Below, piece by piece: positions 26,167 through 33,231 of a stretch of 41,626 bases of DNA; position 1 is the first letter of the stretch, and every line of letters starts with the position of its first letter. The notes beneath the pieces were generated by a model. The model worked only from the letters and a program-made list of their open reading frames with translations. It did no database searches and was not told the DNA's origin. This stretch comes from a virus (lineage: Duplodnaviria; Caudoviricetes): positions 1 through 41,626 of the IMG/VR virus record IMGVR_UViG_3300042348_000322; one strand, written 5' to 3'. Both the position numbers and the translations under genes were made by a program.

Positions 26167-26599
26167 TTGTACCTCCTAATACAAGGAACCAAGAAAATAA
26201 AGGGCTGTCTTCGTGACAAGTCACAATGCAGGCCATGCCCTCCGTGATAAACGACATTACATACTTGTCGTATGTATGTATGGGTCGCTTGGCTAAGAAC
26301 CACCGAAACTCTTCGAGCCCAGCGACTGTAACGAGATCATCATCCGTTAAGCGAGCATTGGTTATCGCCGCTCGCAAACCAAGATGATGAATCTCTGTCG
26401 GGTGGAAGAGAGCATCGCCATCTATGTCCATCATCAACTTCAAGCCCGCTGGGTTGACGCGAACATAGAAGTAGACATGGTCATGGAGGAACCTCACCTC
26501 ACCCTTGACAAGCATGGGGACATGGTGCTCAGCAATGTGATACCACTCCCCACACTCGACATGCGGGTCGTCGTCATATAACAACAAGCTTCTGTCCAT
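26159..26599 (-). CDS. Hypothetical protein
   Basis: ORF from ATG 26599 (GAGG RBS). The longer track start overlaps the VWA gene too far. Confidence 0.6.
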   Translation of the reverse strand: MDRSLLLYDDDPHVECGEWYHIAEHHVPMLVKGEVRFLHDHVYFYVRVNPAGLKLMMDIDGDALFHPTEIHHLGLRAAITNARLTDDDLVTVAGLEEFRWFLAKRPIHTYDKYVMSFITEGMACIVTCHEDSPLFSWFLVLGGTNG

Positions 26600-27866
26600 T
26601 GGGGACCTCGTAGCTGTCGTTACCGATGATGCACCACAAGGTAGGCGCAGTAACAGCCGCCCACTTGCTCTTGTTGGTGTGCATGTAGCCATCACTCAAC
26701 ATGATCAGCGCATCAGGCTTCAACTGCTTCTCTACCATCAGGTCAACCACAACATCTGGGTTTGTGCCGCCACCACCCTTGGGGTTGGTGCGATGCACGA
26801 TGTCTTTCACACCACCAGTAAAGATTTCGTGCGCTTGAATTTCAGCGTCCCAATACACGATGTCTAGTCGGTCTATGCCCATGCTCTTGACAAGCCCGTT
26901 CATCTCAGAGAGAAACTCTGTGAGTAACGGCCCTTCCACAGAACCAGATGTGTCCATCGCCAAAACCAAGTACTTCACTCGCTTGCCGATGATGCTAGGC
27001 AATATCACATCCTGCCAAAGGAAGTTGCGATGCGCCTTGCGCCAAGAGATTGAGTCTCTGTCCTTGATGTGAGAACGGGCGAAGCGTTGGAGTACATCTT
27101 TCCAACTGACCTTGGGATTGAGTAGCTCGCCAATCTCGCGTGGTGTCTTGCCGCCAAACTTGCCCGCATAGATACCGCCCTGACGAATAGCTTGCTCGAC
27201 TTCCTGATCGAGTTGCTTCTTCTCTTCCTCGCTCAAGGCTTGTGCGCCATCCCAATCGTGGTTGTCGAAACCGACATCGCCCTCACCGAACAAATCGACA
27301 TCTTGTCCTTTTGTTCCGTCTTGCCCGTCACGCTTTGGACCACGACCCGAACCATCAATGGGCGGACCATCACCATCGCATCCTTCTTTCTTTTTCTTCA
27401 AGAGGATGTCGAAGACCTGCTTGGTGTCCATGCCACGATACGCCTCGTCGAAGAGACCCTCACGCTCACCTGTTTCTTTAGAACGGGGAAAGGCTATGAA
27501 TTTTTCTTCTGGGTCCATGTCATACAACTGTATGTTGATGACAAAGTCACACGCCGCATTCGTAAGTCTGCGGTCAATAGCATCCAATGCTTTCCATGTG
27601 GTCAGGTGTCGGTAACACTTGTGCATGTTCTCGTGCATGATGAGAAACGCCAGCTCTTTGTCAGTCAAAGAGTCAACGAATTCTCTGCCATACACAGCGT
27701 CCCTGCCGTTCGTGCCCGCTGTGATCTTCTGATCGGTTACTGTGGTAGACCCGACCATGAACAAGCCCGCGAAGAAGGCAAACGACTTCTCTCGCATCAG
27801 GCTCACATGAACCAGCTCGATTCGTTTCTCGGCTGGCAATTTACTTCTGACAACTGCAATACTCAT
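26574..27866 (-). CDS. Metallopeptidase (HExxH)-VWA domain protein (DUF2201-like)
   Basis: TAGTNG, HENMH, NAACD..IN, acidic/Gly linker, MIDAS DTSGS, GGGT, LSDG. Confidence 0.9.
   Translation of the reverse strand: MSIAVVRSKLPAEKRIELVHVSLMREKSFAFFAGLFMVGSTTVTDQKITAGTNGRDAVYGREFVDSLTDKELAFLIMHENMHKCYRHLTTWKALDAIDRRLTNAACDFVINIQLYDMDPEEKFIAFPRSKETGEREGLFDEAYRGMDTKQVFDILLKKKKEGCDGDGPPIDGSGRGPKRDGQDGTKGQDVDLFGEGDVGFDNHDWDGAQALSEEEKKQLDQEVEQAIRQGGIYAGKFGGKTPREIGELLNPKVSWKDVLQRFARSHIKDRDSISWRKAHRNFLWQDVILPSIIGKRVKYLVLAMDTSGSVEGPLLTEFLSEMNGLVKSMGIDRLDIVYWDAEIQAHEIFTGGVKDIVHRTNPKGGGGTNPDVVVDLMVEKQLKPDALIMLSDGYMHTNKSKWAAVTAPTLWCIIGNDSYEVPNGQKLVVI
27288..27316. repeat. 29-bp palindrome, copy 3 (intragenic)
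   Basis: GAACAAATCGACA TCT TGTCCTTTTGTTC. Confidence 0.9.
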
Positions 27867-28048
27867 GATGTCTCCTTCATGTGTGCTTTGAAATCCGCGA
27901 CGAGGGCGTCGCGCATCTTGTCATCCTCCATTAGGGCCTTGATAAAAATCTTGGCCCCATACTCTTGTTGTTTGTATTTAAGGGCAAAGGCTGTCGCCAA
28001 TACCGCCCAACAAAACAAAATTATTTCTGTGATTGATACTTCAATCAT
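27863..28048 (-). CDS. Small membrane-anchored hypothetical protein
   Basis: 61 aa, hydrophobic N-terminus, GGAG RBS. Confidence 0.7.
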   Translation of the reverse strand: MIEVSITEIILFCWAVLATAFALKYKQQEYGAKIFIKALMEDDKMRDALVADFKAHMKETS

Positions 28049-28188
28049 TTGACATCTCCATTTGCTTTAACTTCCAACACCCACAACTCAAGGTAGTGGG
28101 CTTCCTCGTCTTTGCCTAGCTTCCTGAGAAGCTCGGCCAGCTTCATGCCGTGATCGTAAATACTCGCAATGATCTGTTCATGCGTCAT
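28045..28188 (-). CDS. Small hypothetical protein (not in ORF track)
   Basis: 47 aa, MTHEQIIASIYDHG...; ATGA overlaps at both ends. Confidence 0.6.
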   Translation of the reverse strand: MTHEQIIASIYDHGMKLAELLRKLGKDEEAHYLELWVLEVKANGDVK

Positions 28189-28430
28189 CGTTTAACCCTC
28201 ACAGATTTACCTTCCATATCAAACTCATACTCAGGGAACTGAGCATCCAACTGCTTGGCCATGCGAGCCATGATTGTTGTGGCTTGCAATGTCAAACCGC
28301 GAGACTCCAACACCTCGCCCGCTGTGGCTTTCTTGTTGTAGATCAGCTTGTGGGTATGGTCTTGCATACGCTTGTATGTGGCGACCATGCCACGCCATAC
28401 GATCTTTGCTTCAGTGATATTCGTAATCAT
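28185..28430 (-). CDS. Hypothetical protein
   Basis: 81 aa from ATG 28430, AGGAGAG RBS. Confidence 0.7.
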   Translation of the reverse strand: MITNITEAKIVWRGMVATYKRMQDHTHKLIYNKKATAGEVLESRGLTLQATTIMARMAKQLDAQFPEYEFDMEGKSVRVKR

Positions 28431-28591
28431 TATTTCTCTCCTGTTGTTGGTGAACATTCCGACACCGTGTCGTTTTGTTCGTCGTTTACCTGCACACTGA
28501 TGATGCGCACACCATCAAAGATTTGGACAATCTCGTAGTCCGCGCCCGCTTTGTCGAGCGCATCGTAAAGCTCTGCTGGTGTCATGTTCAT
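28430..28591 (-). CDS. Small hypothetical protein (not in ORF track)
   Basis: 53 aa, MNMTPAELYDALDKAGADYEIV...; TAATG coupling. Its C-terminus reads through palindrome copy 4. Confidence 0.6.
   Translation of the reverse strand: MNMTPAELYDALDKAGADYEIVQIFDGVRIISVQVNDEQNDTVSECSPTTGEK
28452..28480. repeat. 29-bp palindrome, copy 4
   Basis: GAACATTCCGACA CCG TGTCGTTTTGTTC. Confidence 0.95.
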
Positions 28592-28680
28592 GGTCTCCAG
28601 TAAAAAACATCTAGCCCGACGATGACCAAACCGATCACCACCAACGTGTACAACATAGCGTTGAAAGTTTTGTCGTTCAT
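28588..28680 (-). CDS. Small single-pass membrane peptide (not in ORF track)
   Basis: 30 aa, MNDKTFNAMLYTLVVIGLVIVGLDVFYWRP; ATGA overlap downstream. Confidence 0.55.
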   Translation of the reverse strand: MNDKTFNAMLYTLVVIGLVIVGLDVFYWRP

Positions 28681-28682
28681 GC

Positions 28683-29762
28683 TCAACCTTTCAATCCGGC
28701 AAACATGTACTGATTCTCACGCGCCCATGTAACAAAGGCGGGATGAGACATGACCCATGCTTTCTTTGTGGGAATCTCGAGGATGCTGTTGATGAAGACA
28801 GCCTGAGTTTCTTTGGGCAGCCGCTTGATGTAGCGCATCCATGTGGCGAATGTCTCACGGGTAGACACAGACACAGCCTTGAACGCCAAGATACATTGAG
28901 CCGCTGGGCTGGTGGGGACAAGCGCAGACTCAGGGTTGGCAAGAATGGAATCAGTCATCGGCAGCTGATCTGCGAGCGAGATGTACGCTTGCAAATCACG
29001 CGACGCCGCCCGCCCGATAGTGCCATCAAGTGCCGCGATCAACGCATTCTCTGTGATGTTTTGACGCACAGTAATCCAATGCGAGGCCTTGTACGCAGTG
29101 CGGGGGCAGAAGTACGCCTTCTGTGACGCATCGGTGGGGTTGAAGATGTATGGGTTCTCTTTCTGCCCGCCATCCAAGTAGGACGCCATGCAGTGCGGGT
29201 ATTCCTTGACCCACGCTTGCATCTCAGGTGCTACATCGTTGTTCGCCGCCCAACGCAACCACTCTTCAGCCGTTGGCTTGAAGTAGTTGATCTCGGTCTG
29301 ACGGCTACGGGTGTGAGCCTTGGTGTGGTCGCCCACGCCATCACTGTCCATATTGCCCGTCGTGAAGACGATAGTCTCGGGGTGCAGTTTGTAAGTACCT
29401 AGTCTGCGCTCATGCAACAGGGGGTGTAGCGTGTTACGCGTGTAGTCCTCGGTCTTTGTCCACTCGTCGATCATGATGACTTGCGGTTCGTCAAGGTGCA
29501 AGCCGTAGTAATCGGTTGGGTAGAAGTCCAAGGTGCGAGTCGCGTGGTTGGGGATTGGCATACCAGACTGGCCGACATCGGTGTTTGGTCCGTCGATGTA
29601 CACCTTGCGGTAGCCTGTGCGCTCAACGATTGTGTCCTGAATGGCAGTCTTGCCAACACCGGGTTCGCCAGTAAGGTGCACTGCGTTAGGACCCGCGTTA
29701 AGAAGCAGGTCAACAGTCTCGGTGAAGTTGAGTCTGCGCATGAAGTTGATCTCGTTTGACAT
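28683..29762 (-). CDS. MoxR-like AAA+ ATPase
   Basis: Walker A GEPGVGKT, Walker B IMIDE, sensor TGN, CPRT. VWA partner gene downstream. Confidence 0.9.
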   Translation of the reverse strand: MSNEINFMRRLNFTETVDLLLNAGPNAVHLTGEPGVGKTAIQDTIVERTGYRKVYIDGPNTDVGQSGMPIPNHATRTLDFYPTDYYGLHLDEPQVIMIDEWTKTEDYTRNTLHPLLHERRLGTYKLHPETIVFTTGNMDSDGVGDHTKAHTRSRQTEINYFKPTAEEWLRWAANNDVAPEMQAWVKEYPHCMASYLDGGQKENPYIFNPTDASQKAYFCPRTAYKASHWITVRQNITENALIAALDGTIGRAASRDLQAYISLADQLPMTDSILANPESALVPTSPAAQCILAFKAVSVSTRETFATWMRYIKRLPKETQAVFINSILEIPTKKAWVMSHPAFVTWARENQYMFAGLKG

Positions 29763-29791
29763 TTGATTTCCTTGATAAGAAAGATTTACAA

Positions 29792-29820
29792 GAACATACC
29801 GACACCATGTCGGTTAGTTC
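29792..29820. repeat. 29-bp palindrome, copy 5
   Basis: GAACATACCGACA CCA TGTCGGTTAGTTC; contains the stop codon of 29814..30098. Confidence 0.95.
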
Positions 29821-30098
29821 GATGAGCGGGTGTTTTTCTGATTCGTGTCCATCAGAACCTGCGGCGCGGCTTCTGGTGTAACGAGCATGTACGGCCCCTT
29901 GCCGTATGTCTGCACCACACACCAAGATGCGCGGTCAGAGATTGCGGCGTCTTGCCCGCAATGTAAACACAACCTGTAGCCAAGAGCCCAGCGTTGTGCA
30001 TGGACATCGTCCCCACAATGGGTGCACGACATCCATTCGAAACGATCACAACCCTGTCGTTGATCGTCATCCAATTCTGTAGAAATGGGATATAGCAT
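29814..30098 (-). CDS. C4 zinc-finger protein (DksA/TraR-like spacing)
   Basis: CTHCGDDV..QRWALG...CLHCG. Confidence 0.7.
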   Translation of the reverse strand: MLYPISTELDDDQRQGCDRFEWMSCTHCGDDVHAQRWALGYRLCLHCGQDAAISDRASWCVVQTYGKGPYMLVTPEAAPQVLMDTNQKNTRSSN

Positions 30099-30322
30099 TA
30101 GTAACGAAGACCGGTGTTGGGGTCGATCAAGCCGCTGGTCAAGCCAAGGCGTTGGTAGTGGGCGAACAACACGGACACGCTGGCAAAGCTGTCAGCGACT
30201 TCCTTGTCAGTAACAAGGCCCGACACCCAAAGCTGTGCGACATCGCGCATGGCCCTGTGGACCTCGATCAGTTTCTCGTTGGTGCATGACAGGTCAGTCA
30301 TGTTGTCAGTTGCTATCTTCAT
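30098..30322 (-). CDS. Hypothetical protein, first gene after the 30.47-kb promoter
   Basis: 74 aa from ATG 30322 with GGAG RBS; TAATG coupling downstream. Confidence 0.65.
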   Translation of the reverse strand: MKIATDNMTDLSCTNEKLIEVHRAMRDVAQLWVSGLVTDKEVADSFASVSVLFAHYQRLGLTSGLIDPNTGLRY

Positions 30323-30353
30323 AATGATCTCCAATAAAGGACTTTGAATCGCC

Positions 30354-30382
30354 GAACAAACCGACATGATGTCGGAATGTTC
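30354..30382. repeat. 29-bp palindrome, copy 6
   Basis: GAACAAACCGACA TGA TGTCGGAATGTTC. Confidence 0.95.
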
Positions 30383-30461
30383 AGCATCGGTGCGCTTTCG
30401 CACACCTGCGGCTTTTAGATGTGGTGTCGTCGTCATCACTCACCAATGTATCTAAAGATAC

Positions 30462-30490
30462 ATTGTACCACAAAATAACTCATTTGTCAA
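30462..30490 (-). promoter_or_regulatory. sigma70 promoter with overlapping inverted repeat
   Basis: TTGACA-17 bp-TACAAT. CAATGTATCT-AA-AGATACATTG (30444-30465) overlaps the -10 box and start site. Confidence 0.8.
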
Positions 30491-30530
30491 GGGGGTCGTT
30501 CGTGTTTTAAACATGAAGTTCCCATGCCCG

Positions 30531-31193
30531 CTAGTTTCGTTCTGACTTAGCTTTGCGTTGCGCGGAGATGTGGTCGATCATTTGGTCCAACCCAAATTCG
30601 ATCTCGTCCCATGACGGCCCCTCATCCTTCACCTCTTGGGTGACTGGTTTCGGCTCATCCCGCAGTTTGATCTTGAGCACGGGCTTGCCTTCCGTAGCCG
30701 TGGGTAGGTCGCGCTTATTCTTGGGAATAGCGAATCCCTTGGTTTTGAGGATTCCATCGGTGTCGTAGCCCGCGAGGGATGCACTGTCCATCAGTATCTT
30801 GATATGGCGCGGGTCTTTGGGGCGCATGTCGATCAACTCGTCATCGGGCGGGGCGATCAGGTGGCGGGTGGATTCTTGCTCGGGCAACAGATCGTTGGGG
30901 AAGCCTGACGCAAACCGCTTGACCCTGTACATCTTGGACTCGCAATGGTGGTACGGATTGACGCACCACTTCGTACCGCACATGTTCATCAAGCGTGGGC
31001 CAGCGGGCGGGAAGCGGCAGATCGTGAACAGGATACGCAAGACAGCGTTTGTGTTGAACTTGTATGTCAGGGGCGAATGAGGGGAGAGCATGGGCAGAGA
31101 ACAGGATGACTTAGGCCAGACATAGCAAAGGTTCTTGACCTCGCAGTTGTCCAAGAGGTTGTCAGCGTTGAGGTACTTTTGAGGGCGGGGCAT
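30531..31193 (-). CDS. Degenerate His-Me finger (HNH_3-like) protein
   Basis: 220 aa from ATG 31193 (AAGGA RBS). CYVW and MNMCGTKWCVNPYH motifs. Confidence 0.6.
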   Translation of the reverse strand: MPRPQKYLNADNLLDNCEVKNLCYVWPKSSCSLPMLSPHSPLTYKFNTNAVLRILFTICRFPPAGPRLMNMCGTKWCVNPYHHCESKMYRVKRFASGFPNDLLPEQESTRHLIAPPDDELIDMRPKDPRHIKILMDSASLAGYDTDGILKTKGFAIPKNKRDLPTATEGKPVLKIKLRDEPKPVTQEVKDEGPSWDEIEFGLDQMIDHISAQRKAKSERN

Positions 31194-31243
31194 GGAAATT
31201 TCCTTTTTGAGAGTTTTACACCGTATACCATATATCCGTGGTA

Positions 31244-31271
31244 ATTCTATTATATTTGGCGTGGCTGTCAA
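31244..31271 (-). promoter_or_regulatory. sigma70 promoter
   Basis: TTGACA-16 bp-TAGAAT, about 50 bp upstream of ATG 31193. Confidence 0.6.
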
Positions 31272-31305
31272 TAGGGGTAAGGGTTTATCGGGATAAGATA
31301 AAGGG

Positions 31306-31454
31306 TATAAAACGTTGTTCCTGAAATTGAGATAGTGAGAACGGGAGAAAGAGGGCGAGAGGTGAAACACGCTATTCTCAACTTTTTCTATGTTTGGAGG
31401 GGAGATTCCTAGACCCGCTTTATACTATGCCCATTTCAGGAACAACGTCTTATA
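31306..31454. repeat. 149-bp element bounded by 31-bp inverted repeats
   Basis: Left arm TATAAAACGTTGTTCCTGAAATTGAGATAGT; reverse complement of right arm TATAAGACGTTGTTCCTGAAATGGGCATAGT (27/31 identical). Confidence 0.85.
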
Positions 31455-31750
31455 TATTATATTAAATTATTTTATTATTATAGAGAAACCTAGGAAATTC
31501 GGGGCTTGCGCACTAGCGCCGCCTTGCGGGAGGGGTCGGATAGGATATAGTTAGTAACGATATACGGTATAAGATGTAGTTGCTACGGGGTGGAAACTAC
31601 GGCGTTACTGGGTTAATGAAGATTAAAGTATGCGTTTGGAGGGGCAATGCCCGCTGGAATGATAAACCAAGCCGTGCAATGCGGTATAAGCGACGCCCGC
31701 TTTGCACTTGGTGGGCGGGCCAAGCGGTCTGCGTCATAACTAAAAGTAAT

Positions 31751-31779
31751 GAACAAACCGACAATGTGTCGCTTTGTTC
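31751..31779. repeat. 29-bp palindrome, copy 7
   Basis: GAACAAACCGACA ATG TGTCGCTTTGTTC. Confidence 0.95.
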
Positions 31780-31794
31780 GCTTTGCCCGCAATG

Positions 31795-31955
31795 CAAGGC
31801 TACCCCGTTCCTACCTGTGACTGGTATCTAGCGATACGGGCGGGGCGGGCGACTCACCGCCAAGCCAGCCGCGCTCGCCAAGGCTACCGCGTTACTGCCA
31901 CAATCTATTCTAAAGAACAGAGCTACCGCGTTACTACCACCAAGTGACTGGCATC
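31795..31955 (+). repeat. Degenerate direct repeats (GCTACCGCGTTACTRCC-like) x3
   Basis: Copies at about 31799, 31883 and 31922; two are followed by GTGACTGGYATC. Confidence 0.75.
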
Positions 31956-31982
31956 AGGGCGGGCCGCGCCGTCGCGCAGGCC

Positions 31983-32010
31983 AAAAAAAATCGGGGGCCG
32001 AAGCCCCCAA
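31983..32010 (-). terminator. Intrinsic terminator
   Basis: Minus strand GGGGGC-TTCG-GCCCCC-GA-TTTTTTTT (cUUCGg tetraloop). Confidence 0.9.
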
Positions 32011-32013
32011 AGG

Positions 32014-32184
32014 TTAGTCAGGTGTGTATTCCAATTCCCAAAGAATCAGGACATGAAGCCCAATAAAAGTTATCACAAAGACCAGCATCTCGACCGCGCC
32101 AATGAGCCCGAAAAGCCCGCAACCAATCGACACGATGGCCATCAGCAAAGACGCAAACCCAACCCAAGACAAAAATGTACGCAT
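32014..32184 (-). CDS. Small two-helix membrane protein (not in ORF track)
   Basis: 56 aa, MRTFLSWVGFASLLMAIVSIGCGLFGLIGAVEMLVFVITFIGLHVLILWELEYTPD. GGAG RBS, followed by a terminator. Confidence 0.7.
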   Translation of the reverse strand: MRTFLSWVGFASLLMAIVSIGCGLFGLIGAVEMLVFVITFIGLHVLILWELEYTPD

Positions 32185-32196
32185 GGAAAACTCCAG

Positions 32197-32216
32197 AAAA
32201 AAGCCCCCGAAGGGGC
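32197..32216 (-). terminator. Intrinsic terminator
   Basis: Minus strand GCCCC-TTCG-GGGGC-TTTTTT. Confidence 0.75.
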
Positions 32217-32223
32217 GTGAAGG

Positions 32224-32421
32224 TTAATGAACGCGCACAAGCTTGGAAAGCTTGGCGTAGCGAATCCAGACCTGAGCGGGCACGGCATCCCGAACGCTCA
32301 AGTATTGACCCGAAACGGCACAGCGGAAATCCTTGCCCGCTTGCCAGTCCGCCTTAACAGCGGCCGCAGATTTATAGTCCCGCCCGTAGGCGGGCACGGC
32401 ATGAATGTCGCGCCCGCTCAT
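32224..32421 (-). CDS. Hypothetical early protein
   Basis: 65 aa, PAYGRDYKS....ADW..GKDF pattern; starts 3 bp after the upstream stop. Confidence 0.7.
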   Translation of the reverse strand: MSGRDIHAVPAYGRDYKSAAAVKADWQAGKDFRCAVSGQYLSVRDAVPAQVWIRYAKLSKLVRVH

Positions 32422-32424
32422 GGG

Positions 32425-33195
32425 TTAGCCCAAGGCCAAAGAGGCCGCAGTCAAACGCGCGAGGCTTTCGACCGAACCGGCTTTTGCCCACTCAGCCGCA
32501 CGCTTGCGCAAGGCCTCATGGATGACTTTGATGTCAGCCTGCAACTGTTCTAGCTCGGGCTTTTCCCTGCGCTCGATTTCTTTCGCAATGGCCGTGGCCT
32601 CGCGCATCGACTTGACATCGCCCTTTGCGACCAGCTCGGCTTTCAGGTCGGCCAACTCGCCATCGCCCTTGTCCGCGAACTTAGCCGCATCAGCCGCACG
32701 CTTAGCCGCCATGCGCTCAGCATCGACCGACTTAGAACGAGGCCGCTCGAAACCAAGCCCGACCAGTCTATTGACTTGCCGCTCGAATTGCTTGTCAGCC
32801 GCATCAGTAGATGCCGCGCCGCAGTCAAAGTACTTGGCCACGCCCCATGTCCGAACCTGAAGGTACTCAGGGTAAGAGATAGGCACGAACGCCATGATCG
32901 GCTTGCCATCCTTCAAGACGGGCTCGCCCTTGATGTCGCACTTGGCGCGACGCATTTTGACGAACTTGCCGTCTACTGTTTCCCACTGGCACAGCCAATC
33001 CAACAGCAGGGCATCAGCCGCATCGCGCGCGTCTTGACCACGCGACATCAGCTTTTCAGCGTCAGCCGCATTACCAAAGATTTCCTCAAGAGAGGATTGT
33101 GCTTCGACCAAGGAACGGCCGCAGATCGACTCGACCACGGAACCAACTGCGCTTTGTGCGGGCGCAGTAACCGCTTGAGTGGCTTTGTTTGCCAT
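32425..33195 (-). CDS. Hypothetical Ala-rich protein, first gene of the leftward arm
   Basis: 256 aa from ATG 33195, GGAG RBS. Confidence 0.8.
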   Translation of the reverse strand: MANKATQAVTAPAQSAVGSVVESICGRSLVEAQSSLEEIFGNAADAEKLMSRGQDARDAADALLLDWLCQWETVDGKFVKMRRAKCDIKGEPVLKDGKPIMAFVPISYPEYLQVRTWGVAKYFDCGAASTDAADKQFERQVNRLVGLGFERPRSKSVDAERMAAKRAADAAKFADKGDGELADLKAELVAKGDVKSMREATAIAKEIERREKPELEQLQADIKVIHEALRKRAAEWAKAGSVESLARLTAASLALG

Positions 33196-33231
33196 GATGT
33201 ATTCTCCAAGTAAAGGTCGGGCAAAACGCCC

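Noticed and set aside
22809-31779. Palindromes as integron attC sites (AAC...GTT ends)
   Set aside because: Much shorter than attC sites, no extrahelical-base pattern, no integrase in the window, and one copy lies deep inside a gene.
22809-31779. Core GAC-N5-GTC equals an AhdI-type restriction site, and GAAC/GTTC recalls LexA boxes
   Set aside because: Neither explains all 16 conserved bases. The spacing does not match GAAC-N4-GTTC or GTTC-N7-GTTC.
31580-31831. ORFs 31580..31831 (+) and 31597..31797 (-)
   Set aside because: No RBS, no motif, and they overlap repeats in an apparently non-coding region.
32121-32149. Possible ninth palindrome (CAACCAATCGACA CGA TGGC...)
   Set aside because: Only the left half resembles the consensus; the right boxes fail.
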